DNA from: Thermoleophilia bacterium
GTDB taxonomy: Bacteria; Actinomycetota; Thermoleophilia; RBG-16-64-13
DNA: 64,000 nucleotides
Reading direction: 5' to 3'
Assembly (NCBI GenBank): GCA_026415615.1
Contig: JAOAGT010000001.1
Span: forward strand, 421,455-485,454
Shown: positions 10,097-18,038 of the stretch, in pieces
Position numbering within the stretch: position 1 is the first letter of the stretch
How the letters are laid out: each line of letters starts with the position of its first letter
The notes under the pieces: generated by a model
The model's database searches: none
Told to the model about the DNA's origin: nothing
The model's input: only the letters and a program-made list of their open reading frames with translations
Program-made: the position numbers and the translations under genes

Positions 10097-10693
10097 TCAG
10101 GTCCTGCCGCGCCTGGATGGTCGCGGTCTTTTTGGCGAGTCGTCCTGTCTCGCTGGAGTGGGTTGCTCCAAATGGATCACCTCATTGTGAGCGGCCTCCA
10201 CCGCTGTCTTAAGCCAATGATCAGTGCGAGCAGTGCCAGCGAGGAGCTGTTCGACACTTAGGATTAGGATCAGCCTGTCTTTTAGCTTGGCCACTTGGTT
10301 AAGGAGGCCGCCGCTGACTTGATCCAGGTGCTCGGGCGCGGGCAGGATCTCTTCTTCGGAGAGGCGGACAAACTCACGCGCGCTGTCCACAAGCAAGCCC
10401 ACCAAGCGGTTCTCGTGTTCGACAACCAAGATCCTGTTTCTAGGTGAAAAAGCAGCTCTCTCGTGTCCGAAGCAGGAGCGCAAGTTAATTACTGGAATCG
10501 CTTGGCCGCGGGAGAAGGTTATTCCCTCGACAAAGTCTGGAGTATTCGGTACCGGGGTAATGGTCCCAACCATTTCAATATGGCGCACCGCGCTGCTGGG
10601 TATTCCGTACCAAGCTCCTGCTACCTCTGCCACTATCACGGGTTCCAGTTCGGCTGTCGACTTATGCATCGGCCACCTCCAAGCCAGGATCAC
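10097..10693 (-). CDS. cheW: Chemotaxis coupling protein CheW
   Basis: 198 aa CheW domain (YGIPSSAVRHIEMVGTITPVPNTPDFVEGITFSRGQAIPVINLR...LVGLLVDSAREFVRL) with a basic, Pro-rich C-terminal tail. Overlaps the cheA 3' end. Confidence 0.8.
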   Translation of the reverse strand: MILAWRWPMHKSTAELEPVIVAEVAGAWYGIPSSAVRHIEMVGTITPVPNTPDFVEGITFSRGQAIPVINLRSCFGHERAAFSPRNRILVVEHENRLVGLLVDSAREFVRLSEEEILPAPEHLDQVSGGLLNQVAKLKDRLILILSVEQLLAGTARTDHWLKTAVEAAHNEVIHLEQPTPARQDDSPKRPRPSRRGRT

Positions 10694-12719
10694 CCTGCGC
10701 TTCTAGAGTTGCAAGGTTGTCTAGCAGGCTAGAGCCTCTGGCAGCGCGGGCCCACCGCACCAGCCCCAGTGGATCGACAATGAGGACGACCTGTCCTGCA
10801 CCGGTTTCAGAGGCTCCAGCTATTCCAGGGATGCGTAGCAGTGGATCTGGAGTTGCGTGGACCACAATTTCTTGGGAGCCAAGTACGCGGTCAACAAGCA
10901 AACCTGCCCAGTGTGGATGCGCGCCTACCACTAGTGCGTGTCGCACCTGTGCAGATGCCGGACGAAGCTGGTAGATTTCGCCAAGGTCAAGTAAGGGCAG
11001 GATTGTGTCCCGATGGGAGATCATCTTGGTGCCCTCAAAGTCAACGATGGCTTCTTTCTGAACCTCGACGATCTCGCGCAGCGAAAGAAGCGGCACAGCA
11101 AAGACCTGATCTCCCGCGCGAGCAATCACTGCGTCGACAATTGAAAGCGAGAGAGGAAGTTGAAGAATAAACTCGGTGCCCTTCCCGAGTGTGGTCGCGA
11201 GGGAGAGCTCTCCTCCGAGCTGCTCCACAGTCTCGCGTACTATGGTTAGGCCTACTCCTCTTCCGCCTGCCAGGTCCGCCTCTGTCCTCGTGGAAAAGCC
11301 GCTTGCCGTTAGAATGTCGAGTAGCTGGTCGGCGTCAAGCGGTTCATCGAGTTTTAGAAGACCAGCCTCAGCTGCTCGCCTTCGCACCAACGCTTCGTCA
11401 ATTCCCGCCCCGTCGTCTGCTACTGAGATCACGATGACCTCGCCCATGGCTCTTGCTCGAAGCATCACGGTGGCCTGTTCGGGCTTACCCGCCTTAGCTC
11501 GCTCGCCTGGTGTCTCTATCCCGTGCGCGACAGCATTTCTAACCAGGTGGAGGAGGGGATCCAAAAGGCGTTCAACCACCAGCTTATCTATCTCGGCGTC
11601 GCTACCCTCGGTGATTACGCGGACCAGCTTGTTTTCCTCTCGGGCAAGGTCGTACACAGCAAACTTGAGTCTTTCGAAGATTTCGCCGATGGGAACCATG
11701 CGCGCCCGCATGACTGCTTCGCGCAAAGCTCGTACTTGTCTTTCCAAGGTGGCGGAGTGTTGTTGCAGTGTCTGCCACTCCGCGGCCTCGATCTTGCCCC
11801 TAAGCTGTTTAAGGGAAGAGTCAAGCCTATTCCGTGTAAGCACAAGTTCGCCACACATGCGCATGAGCTCGTCGAGGCGGGAGAGCTCCACCCGTACCAA
11901 GGCAGACGGGGCGACTGGCGAGAACTGCTCTTGTCGGACCGTCCCCTTGCCAGCAGGCGTCGGGCGCTCGGCTTGAGACGAGACCTTGGAAACGTCGCTT
12001 TCTCTGTCGTCGGCCTTACTCCAGGAGAGGCCCAATTCTGCAAGTTCGGGGATTTCGCTCACGTCACCTGATAGACGGACCTTGAAGTGAAAAGCGACTG
12101 CCCCACCCTCTTCGATTATGGGATAGGCGCTCAGAATCTCTCCGTTAGCTTTCAGAGTTTCACGTACGGTCTCTACGTTTACGCCTTGCTGCGCCAACTC
12201 CTGGCTTGGCACAAATTTGAACAGGTAAACTTGGGATTCCGGCTTGCCCTGCTTGTTTTTCGCCTCAGCCTCTGGTTCTTGGATAGAACTCTGCGTTTCC
12301 TCCTCTACGGGTGTCTCCAGCGCCGAAACAACCGAGGCAGCCAGGTCGGCGATGTCAACGCTTTCGCCCCTCTTGCGGGCAGTAAGTGCCTGCTCCAGCA
12401 GCTTAACTGCATCTGTCAAAGCTCCCAACGTCTCCGTCCGGAAGGCTACTTCGCCGCTTCCCAAGCTCCGAAGGTAACTTTCCACTTTGTGGGCTAGATC
12501 CCCCGCCTCTGAGAAGCCCACCATCATTGAGAGGCCCTTAATGGTGTGGAAGCGGCGGAGCAATTCAGAGACAAACGCCTCGGAGGCGGTCGGGGTCGCT
12601 GACTCAGAGCCAGCCAGATCCACAATCATGCGCTTAATGTACGATAAGTGCTCGTCACACTCAGCGAAGTAGTCGTCGAGAAAAGCGGAGAAAATCTCTC
12701 TGTCGTTGTTCTGGTTCAT
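10662..12719 (-). CDS. cheA: Chemotaxis histidine kinase CheA
   Basis: 685 aa. Hpt/P1 domain with the phospho-His box (HTIKGLSMMVGFSEAGDLAHKVES), dimerisation region, HATPase_c (HLVRNAVAHGIE...DDGAGID...GRGVGLTIV) and a C-terminal CheW-like P5 domain. Confidence 0.9.
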   Translation of the reverse strand: MNQNNDREIFSAFLDDYFAECDEHLSYIKRMIVDLAGSESATPTASEAFVSELLRRFHTIKGLSMMVGFSEAGDLAHKVESYLRSLGSGEVAFRTETLGALTDAVKLLEQALTARKRGESVDIADLAASVVSALETPVEEETQSSIQEPEAEAKNKQGKPESQVYLFKFVPSQELAQQGVNVETVRETLKANGEILSAYPIIEEGGAVAFHFKVRLSGDVSEIPELAELGLSWSKADDRESDVSKVSSQAERPTPAGKGTVRQEQFSPVAPSALVRVELSRLDELMRMCGELVLTRNRLDSSLKQLRGKIEAAEWQTLQQHSATLERQVRALREAVMRARMVPIGEIFERLKFAVYDLAREENKLVRVITEGSDAEIDKLVVERLLDPLLHLVRNAVAHGIETPGERAKAGKPEQATVMLRARAMGEVIVISVADDGAGIDEALVRRRAAEAGLLKLDEPLDADQLLDILTASGFSTRTEADLAGGRGVGLTIVRETVEQLGGELSLATTLGKGTEFILQLPLSLSIVDAVIARAGDQVFAVPLLSLREIVEVQKEAIVDFEGTKMISHRDTILPLLDLGEIYQLRPASAQVRHALVVGAHPHWAGLLVDRVLGSQEIVVHATPDPLLRIPGIAGASETGAGQVVLIVDPLGLVRWARAARGSSLLDNLATLEAQGDPGLEVADA

Positions 12720-13189
12720 TTCGCAAGAATCTGCGCGATTCGACTGGCGAAAAGGTCGGGAGAAAAAGGCTTTGTGAAGTAATCGGCGGCGCCAAGAGCG
12801 CGAGCCTCGATCTGGGTCTGTTGATCTGTTCTTGTGGTTAGGATGACAACAGGTATGTGACTCAAACTCATGTTATCTCTTAGAAAGCGAAGGAACTGTA
12901 AGCCATGCATGTCTGGCATGTTGATGTCTAGCACTATGAGATCAACTGTTCCTAGGGCCAGCTTCTCAATGGCTTCCAGTCCGCTTGCAGCCTGCACATA
13001 GTTGTAGCTGGGTCCGAGGCAGGCCATCACCATTTTTCGCATGGTGGGCGAGTCGTCCACCACGAGGAGAGTTCTTGCAGTGCTGGTTCCCTTGCTATAT
13101 GACATGTCTGCTATTTGTGGCGTCTTTCCTGTATGGTGTCTTTTCCTGTTCCGGTTACCAATATTTTCGGCAATATTCAAAGATTTCAT
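12716..13189 (-). CDS. CheY-like single-domain response regulator (first gene of the che operon)
   Basis: 157 aa, REC domain (LLVVDDSPTMRKMV...LIVLDINMPDMHGLQFL...TKPFSP). Roughly 28 residues precede the receiver; the alternative ATG at 13105 would give a canonical 129-aa CheY. ATGA overlap with cheA. Confidence 0.75.
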   Translation of the reverse strand: MKSLNIAENIGNRNRKRHHTGKTPQIADMSYSKGTSTARTLLVVDDSPTMRKMVMACLGPSYNYVQAASGLEAIEKLALGTVDLIVLDINMPDMHGLQFLRFLRDNMSLSHIPVVILTTRTDQQTQIEARALGAADYFTKPFSPDLFASRIAQILAK

Positions 13190-13282
13190 GCATGGAAGCC
13201 ATTCACTCTTGTAAAACGTAGAGCGTGGTTACCTAGTAGGCTTTCCCATTCCGATCTTGACCCGCTTGCAAGCCTGTGTTAG

Positions 13283-13475
13283 AAGTAAGGCTCGCGCAGG
13301 AGGCTTTTCCGGGCAAAGGTCCGGGTAAGCTGTTTGGGAAGCCGGTGCAAATCCGGCGCGGTCCCGCCGCTGTAACCGGGGACGAAAGCCGCAGGCGCCA
13401 CTGTCGCCTTGGTGATGGGAAGGCGCGGCAAGTAGGGTGATCCGGAAGCCAGAAGACCGGCCTGCGTGCGGGTGG
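13283..13475 (+). promoter_or_regulatory. Cobalamin (B12) riboswitch aptamer
   Basis: Conserved elements GGGAAGCCGGTGCAAATCCGGCGCGGTCCCGCCGCTGTAACC and GCCACTG, plus the B12 box AAGCCAGAAGACCGGCC (consensus rAGYCMGgAgaCCkGCc), lying 5' of the cob operon. Confidence 0.85.
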
Positions 13476-13530
13476 CCGATCTCCCCTCGTGGAGCGGGGG
13501 ATGTCGGTTGTCCATTGGAGGGCGGAATGC

Positions 13531-13572
13531 GGCGCCCCTGGGCCTCTGCGGCCCAGGGGCGCTTCTTCTTGT
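13531..13572 (+). terminator. Intrinsic terminator (riboswitch expression platform)
   Basis: Perfect 13-bp stem GCGCCCCTGGGCC / GGCCCAGGGGCGC with loop TCTGC, followed by TTCTTCTTGT, between the aptamer and the cobC start. Confidence 0.7.
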
Positions 13573-13625
13573 AGACTCGCTCGTCGCCCTCGGCATGACA
13601 CGTTTCCCTACAGGAAGGCAAACGG

Positions 13626-14345
13626 ATGGCAGATAGGCAGAAGGCCATTTACTTAATCCGTCACGGCCGAACCGAAGGTAATGTCTCGGATCGGCTTGCC
13701 GGTTCCACCGATCAGCCTCTTGATTCGTGTGGCCTAAGCCAGGCGGAGGACCTGGCTGTCTGGTTTGCCTGGCGACTAAAGCTCTCTCCGGAAGACAGGG
13801 TCTTGGCAAGTCCCGGTCGGCCATCGGTGCTTTGCCTTTCAAGCCCGCTTATGCGAGCGCGGCAAACTGCAGAAGTCGTTGCTGCTCGGCTTGGTGTGCC
13901 AGTGGTCATCGACGGGGATCTTGCGGAGATGGACTTTGGCGACTGGGAGGGGCGCACCGTCAAAGACATTGTGACGGAAAACCCTGAAGCCTTCGAAGTG
14001 TGGTTGTCACCCGAGGATGACACTTGTTTTCCGGGAGGGGAGACCTTGCGCGCTTTCGAAGAGCGTACACACCGGGCGCTCAGACGAATCATGGCTGTTG
14101 AGGATGAGGTCGTGCTCGTCTTTACCCACGGGGGAGTTGTACGAACAATGGCTTGCGCTCTCCTCGGGCTTGGGCGCGAGAGCATGTGGAAGTTCAAGCT
14201 GGACCCAGCGGCTGTGCTCTACTTCGACGTGTATGGGGAAAGCGCCGTTCTTGCTGGCCTTTGGAATGCCGTGGACCGGTGGGCGCCGCTCTCAGACAGC
14301 CAGACGCGCCCGTACAAGCGAGCTCCTGGTTGTCCGTCCCCCTAG
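13626..14345 (+). CDS. cobC: Alpha-ribazole-5'-phosphate phosphatase CobC (histidine phosphatase family)
   Basis: 239 aa with the phosphoglycerate-mutase-family RHG motif (IYLIRHGRTEGN). First gene after the B12 riboswitch in the cob cluster. Confidence 0.7.
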   Translation: MADRQKAIYLIRHGRTEGNVSDRLAGSTDQPLDSCGLSQAEDLAVWFAWRLKLSPEDRVLASPGRPSVLCLSSPLMRARQTAEVVAARLGVPVVIDGDLAEMDFGDWEGRTVKDIVTENPEAFEVWLSPEDDTCFPGGETLRAFEERTHRALRRIMAVEDEVVLVFTHGGVVRTMACALLGLGRESMWKFKLDPAAVLYFDVYGESAVLAGLWNAVDRWAPLSDSQTRPYKRAPGCPSP

Positions 14346-14374
14346 AGATTTCAACAGGGAAACAGGAGGCTTAA

Positions 14375-15016
14375 GTGGGAGCCATAATCCTTATCACCGG
14401 AGGATGCCGAAGCGGCAAGAGCAGTCTCGCCCAGCATCTTGCGGAGCTAATTGATCCTCCCAGGATCTTTGTGGCGACGGGGATTGCCACAGACGAGGAG
14501 ATGATGGATCGCATCCGTCGCCACCAGGAGGCCCGGGCCGCTCGGGGCTGGAACACGCTGGAAGAGTCAGTGGAGCTGGCTGGTGTTCTTGCGTATCTGC
14601 CGTCAGAATCTCCGGTTGTTGTCGACTGCCTATCTCTCTGGATAAACAATCTGATGTGGGCGGCGCCCACTTCCCGAGTCGAAAATCAGGGGGAATGCGA
14701 AGTGGCCGCCGCAATGTCGACGCTAAGCGAACAAGAGGTGGCGATCAAGTGCGCAGACATAATTGAAGTCTGTCGCTCCCGCAGTGGGCCAACGATTTTT
14801 GTGACCAACGAAGTCGGTATGGGTGTGGTCCCGGGTACAGCGGCGGGGCGGCTGTTCCGAGATCTACTTGGACGTTGCAACCAGGTTATGGCGCAGGAGG
14901 CGGACTTGGTTGTGTTGATGATAAGCGGCCTTCCTTGCGTCATTAAGAGCTTGGCGAGGACTGACGAGCAGACGAAAAACGAAGTGGAGGGGTATTTCCG
15001 TGAGCTTGTTAACTGA
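14375..15016 (+). CDS. cobU: Adenosylcobinamide kinase / adenosylcobinamide-phosphate guanylyltransferase CobU
   Basis: P-loop ILITGGCRSGKSSLAQ and overall CobU/CobP similarity. 213 aa. Confidence 0.8.
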   Translation: MGAIILITGGCRSGKSSLAQHLAELIDPPRIFVATGIATDEEMMDRIRRHQEARAARGWNTLEESVELAGVLAYLPSESPVVVDCLSLWINNLMWAAPTSRVENQGECEVAAAMSTLSEQEVAIKCADIIEVCRSRSGPTIFVTNEVGMGVVPGTAAGRLFRDLLGRCNQVMAQEADLVVLMISGLPCVIKSLARTDEQTKNEVEGYFRELVN

Positions 15017-16058
15017 AACCATTGGTGCTGTTGTTCCTCCGTCCGCAGAGGCCAGGACTGCCGCACGAGCTCGGCTTGAGCAACTGGCCATGCCCTACTG
15101 GGCTCTTGGACGCCTGATGGATCTGGCTGAAGAGCTAGCGGGCATGACGGGCTCCACAAAGCCGCCTGTGGAGCGCAAGACAGTGGTCGTCATGGCCGGC
15201 GACCACGGCGTGGTTGCCGAGGGCGTCAGTGCTTATCCCCAGGAAGTTACCGTCCAGATGGTGGCTAATTTTGTGGCTGGAGGAGCTTCTATCAATGCTC
15301 TTGCCCGTCACGTCGGGGCCAAGGTAGTAGTGGCGGATATGGGAGTGGCGGGCGACCTCGGTCAACTGGGAGACGCCATTATCCATCGCAAGATAGCTCC
15401 CGGAACACAAAACATCGCTGCCGGCCCAGCCATGACTCGAGAGCAAGCCGTTGCCGCTGTTGAGGCCGGTATTGGTATTGCGCGCGATCTGGCGAATGCC
15501 ACTGATGTGTTTGCGACCGGAGAGATGGGGATAGGCAATACCACCCCTAGCAGCGCTATTGTAGCTGCGCTAACCGGCGCTGACCCCGCCGAGGTGACTG
15601 GAAGAGGCACTGGCCTAGATGATCGTCAGCTCCAACACAAGATAGACGTGGTTAGACGTGCACTTGAGGTTAACAAGGTCTCAACCGAAGACGGCATCGA
15701 TGTGCTAGCTAAACTGGGCGGATTTGAGATTGGCGGGATCGCCGGTCTTATCCTGGGAGCGGCGGCGCTGCGCAAACCAGTTGTGATTGATGGCTTTATA
15801 TCTACAGCTGGCGCGCTTATAGCTCAGGCTTTGTGTCCGCTTGCTACCCACTACATGGTTGCCGCTCACCTGAGTGTGGAGCGAGGTCATCGCTTGGCTT
15901 TGGAGAAGTTGGGGAAAAAGCCGCTTCTTGACATGGATCTAAGGCTGGGAGAGGGCACGGGAGCAGCCTTGGCCATGCATTTGGTGGAGGCTGCCGTGCG
16001 TGTTCTTACCGAAGTGGCTACTTTTGAAGAAGCCGCCGTTTCTCGTTCGGCCGGATGA
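15000..16058 (+). CDS. cobT: Nicotinate-nucleotide--dimethylbenzimidazole phosphoribosyltransferase CobT
   Basis: 352 aa, CobT-family sequence (VVMAGDHGV...GEMGIGNTTPSSAIVAAL...GGFEIGGIAG). Confidence 0.85.
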   Translation: MSLLTETIGAVVPPSAEARTAARARLEQLAMPYWALGRLMDLAEELAGMTGSTKPPVERKTVVVMAGDHGVVAEGVSAYPQEVTVQMVANFVAGGASINALARHVGAKVVVADMGVAGDLGQLGDAIIHRKIAPGTQNIAAGPAMTREQAVAAVEAGIGIARDLANATDVFATGEMGIGNTTPSSAIVAALTGADPAEVTGRGTGLDDRQLQHKIDVVRRALEVNKVSTEDGIDVLAKLGGFEIGGIAGLILGAAALRKPVVIDGFISTAGALIAQALCPLATHYMVAAHLSVERGHRLALEKLGKKPLLDMDLRLGEGTGAALAMHLVEAAVRVLTEVATFEEAAVSRSAG

Positions 16059-16828
16059 TGCCTGGATGCGCTGTGTTTAGAGCACTTTTTGCCGCTCTTA
16101 GTTTTCTAACGATCCTGCCTGTCCCAACCTCATGGGGTGGGGATGGGCAGGGCCTTAGACGCAGCGTTTGGTGGTTTCCCGTCGTGGGGGCGTTTCTGGG
16201 TGGAATAGCGGTGGGAGTCTGCTACGGTCTTGACCGAGTACTCCCACCGCTTGCCGGAGGCGCGCTCATTGTCTGTCTGCTGGTTGTGCTCTCAAGGGGG
16301 CTACATCTGGATGGGCTGGCAGACACAGCGGATGGCCTCTTGAGCTGCCAGCCCAGAGACCGGGCCCTGGCCATCATGCGGGACAGCCGCACTGGCGCCA
16401 TGGGCGTGATAGCTGTCGTCTTGGTCTTGCTCCTTAAGGTGGCGTTTCTTGGCTCCCTGACCATAGACGGTGAGCGTCTTGAAGCTGTATTTCTTATGCC
16501 CTTCCTGGGCCGATGCGCCATCTTGGTGGCCATGGGGGCCTTTAAATACGCACGGCAAGAGGAAGGGCTGGCCACTGCGCTAGCGGTGCAGGGCCGCATA
16601 CGCTTGCTTCTTCTGTTGTGGGCGACCGCTGCGAGTGTCGGGGCGGCCTACGGTGTTGCCGGGCTCTCAGGGGTGGTTGCAGCCGTAGCGTGTATTCTGT
16701 TTGCGGGGATTTTTGGGTTGGTGTGTCGCCGCAGGCTGGGCGGGTACACAGGGGACACGCTAGGGGCCACTAGCGAAATTGCCGAGTGCATTCCTCTCCT
16801 AGTCATTGCTCTTTGGCAGGGAGCGTAG
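16055..16828 (+). CDS. cobS: Cobalamin synthase (adenosylcobinamide-GDP ribazoletransferase) CobS
   Basis: 257-aa polytopic membrane protein with CobS-like segments (LSFLTILP...GLHLDGLADTADGL). Position is between cobT and cobD. Confidence 0.8.
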   Translation: MMPGCAVFRALFAALSFLTILPVPTSWGGDGQGLRRSVWWFPVVGAFLGGIAVGVCYGLDRVLPPLAGGALIVCLLVVLSRGLHLDGLADTADGLLSCQPRDRALAIMRDSRTGAMGVIAVVLVLLLKVAFLGSLTIDGERLEAVFLMPFLGRCAILVAMGAFKYARQEEGLATALAVQGRIRLLLLLWATAASVGAAYGVAGLSGVVAAVACILFAGIFGLVCRRRLGGYTGDTLGATSEIAECIPLLVIALWQGA

Positions 16829-16831
16829 ACG

Positions 16832-18037
16832 TTGGTAACCCACGGCGGGAACCTTAGAGAGTTATCCCAGATTGCCGGGTTGCCCCCAGAGGATTTGCTT
16901 GATTTTTCGGCCAACCTTAACCCTTTGGGGCCGCCGGACTGGCTGGCGGAGGTTATCACCGCTCATCTGGATGAGCTAGCCCACTACCCTGATCCGCAGT
17001 GTTCTGACCTGGTCGCCGCGCTTGTCTCTAAGCATGAGGTCCCAGCGGAAAGAATAGTTCCTGCCAACGGCTCCTCTGAGTTGATTGCCTGGCTACCCCG
17101 CGTGTTTGAAGTGGGGACAGCGGTAATACCCGTTCCGTCTTATACCGAGTACGAGGCAGCGTGCAGGGCGGCGGGACTCGAGGTGCGGCGCCTGCTTCTC
17201 GGCGAGAGTCTGAATTTCGTCATGGATTTTCAAAGACTGGCGGGCTCCCTACGGGGAGGAGAGCTGGTGTTCTTGGCACGGCCGAACAACCCCACGGGTC
17301 AGTTTTTCTGCGCCGCGGAGTTCCTGGATCTGGTCTCGGACTTTCCGTCTTGCTGGTTTGTGGTGGACGAAGCTTTTGTTGAGTTCGTTGAGGAGGAGGA
17401 ACAAGAAGAGACAAGAGGAGGGCAGGGATTCACCAAGGAACGCGAGGCGATCATGCGCGCAGATCTGCCCAACGTGGTGGTACTCCGTTCTCTTACCAAG
17501 CTGTATGCCGTACCGGGCCTCAGGTTAGGATTCGCAGTTGCCTCGTCGCACGTGTGCGACGCACTGCGGACGGCCATGCCTCCGTGGTCGGTCAACGTCC
17601 TTGCGCAGGCGGTAGGAGCCAGGGCTGTCCTGGACGACTCGTATATGGCGGTCACCCGCAAGTTTGTCTCGCAAGAACGCAGATGGCTTGCCGAGCGTCT
17701 TGCGGAAATAGATGGTCTCCGTGTGTTTCCAAGCGTTGCCAACTACATCCTGGTAAAGGTTGAAGGCGGTCCAGCAGGGCTCTTGGGTGACGAACTTGCG
17801 CTTCGTCTTCTTCGCCATGGCATCGCCATCAGAACATGTGGCGACTTTGCTGGTCTTGGCGACCAATATTTTCGCGTAGCGGTGCGCACCAGGTCCGAAA
17901 ACGAAAAACTCATTAAGACTCTTGGCGCTCTGCTGGGCTGCCAAAGGCTTGAGGCGCACCATAAGCATAACCAGGCGCACATTGAGCAGGCGCACATTGA
18001 GCAGGCGCACCCTGGGGGCTTACATATTGAGAGTTAA
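16832..18037 (+). CDS. cobD: L-threonine-O-3-phosphate decarboxylase CobD (class I/II aminotransferase fold)
   Basis: TTG start. HGGNLRELSQIAGLPPEDLLDFSANLNPLGPP and an aminotransferase PLP fold (SLTKLYAVPGLRLG). The C-terminus carries a His/Gln-rich HIEQAHIEQAH repeat. Confidence 0.75.
   Translation: MVTHGGNLRELSQIAGLPPEDLLDFSANLNPLGPPDWLAEVITAHLDELAHYPDPQCSDLVAALVSKHEVPAERIVPANGSSELIAWLPRVFEVGTAVIPVPSYTEYEAACRAAGLEVRRLLLGESLNFVMDFQRLAGSLRGGELVFLARPNNPTGQFFCAAEFLDLVSDFPSCWFVVDEAFVEFVEEEEQEETRGGQGFTKEREAIMRADLPNVVVLRSLTKLYAVPGLRLGFAVASSHVCDALRTAMPPWSVNVLAQAVGARAVLDDSYMAVTRKFVSQERRWLAERLAEIDGLRVFPSVANYILVKVEGGPAGLLGDELALRLLRHGIAIRTCGDFAGLGDQYFRVAVRTRSENEKLIKTLGALLGCQRLEAHHKHNQAHIEQAHIEQAHPGGLHIES
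17972..18010 (+). repeat. 15-bp tandem repeat (caggcgcacattgag, about 2.6 copies) at the cobD 3' end
   Basis: Direct reading: caggcgcacattgag caggcgcacattgag caggcgcac. It encodes AHIEQAHIEQAH and produces the spurious RRTLSRRTLSRRTL in the overlapping frame. Confidence 0.8.
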
Positions 18038-18038
18038 C

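Noticed and set aside
8095-10261. Multiple 60-137-aa plus-strand ORFs antisense to the MCP gene
   Set aside because: Typical GC-rich antisense artefacts. They are Ala/Ser/Arg-rich low complexity and overlap a high-confidence MCP gene.
11176-11976. 266-aa plus-strand ORF inside cheA
   Set aside because: Ser/Arg/Ala-rich, no motifs, antisense to a complete CheA with all its domains.
13229-13842. Three overlapping minus-strand ORFs (122-187 aa)
   Set aside because: They lie over the cobalamin riboswitch and its terminator. Pro/Arg-rich translation of structured GC-rich RNA.
17922-18038. N-terminal extension of the cbiB ORF containing RRTLSRRTLSRRTL
   Set aside because: This is the tandem DNA repeat read in another frame and it overlaps the cobD 3' end. 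The true cbiB start is the GTG at 18039.
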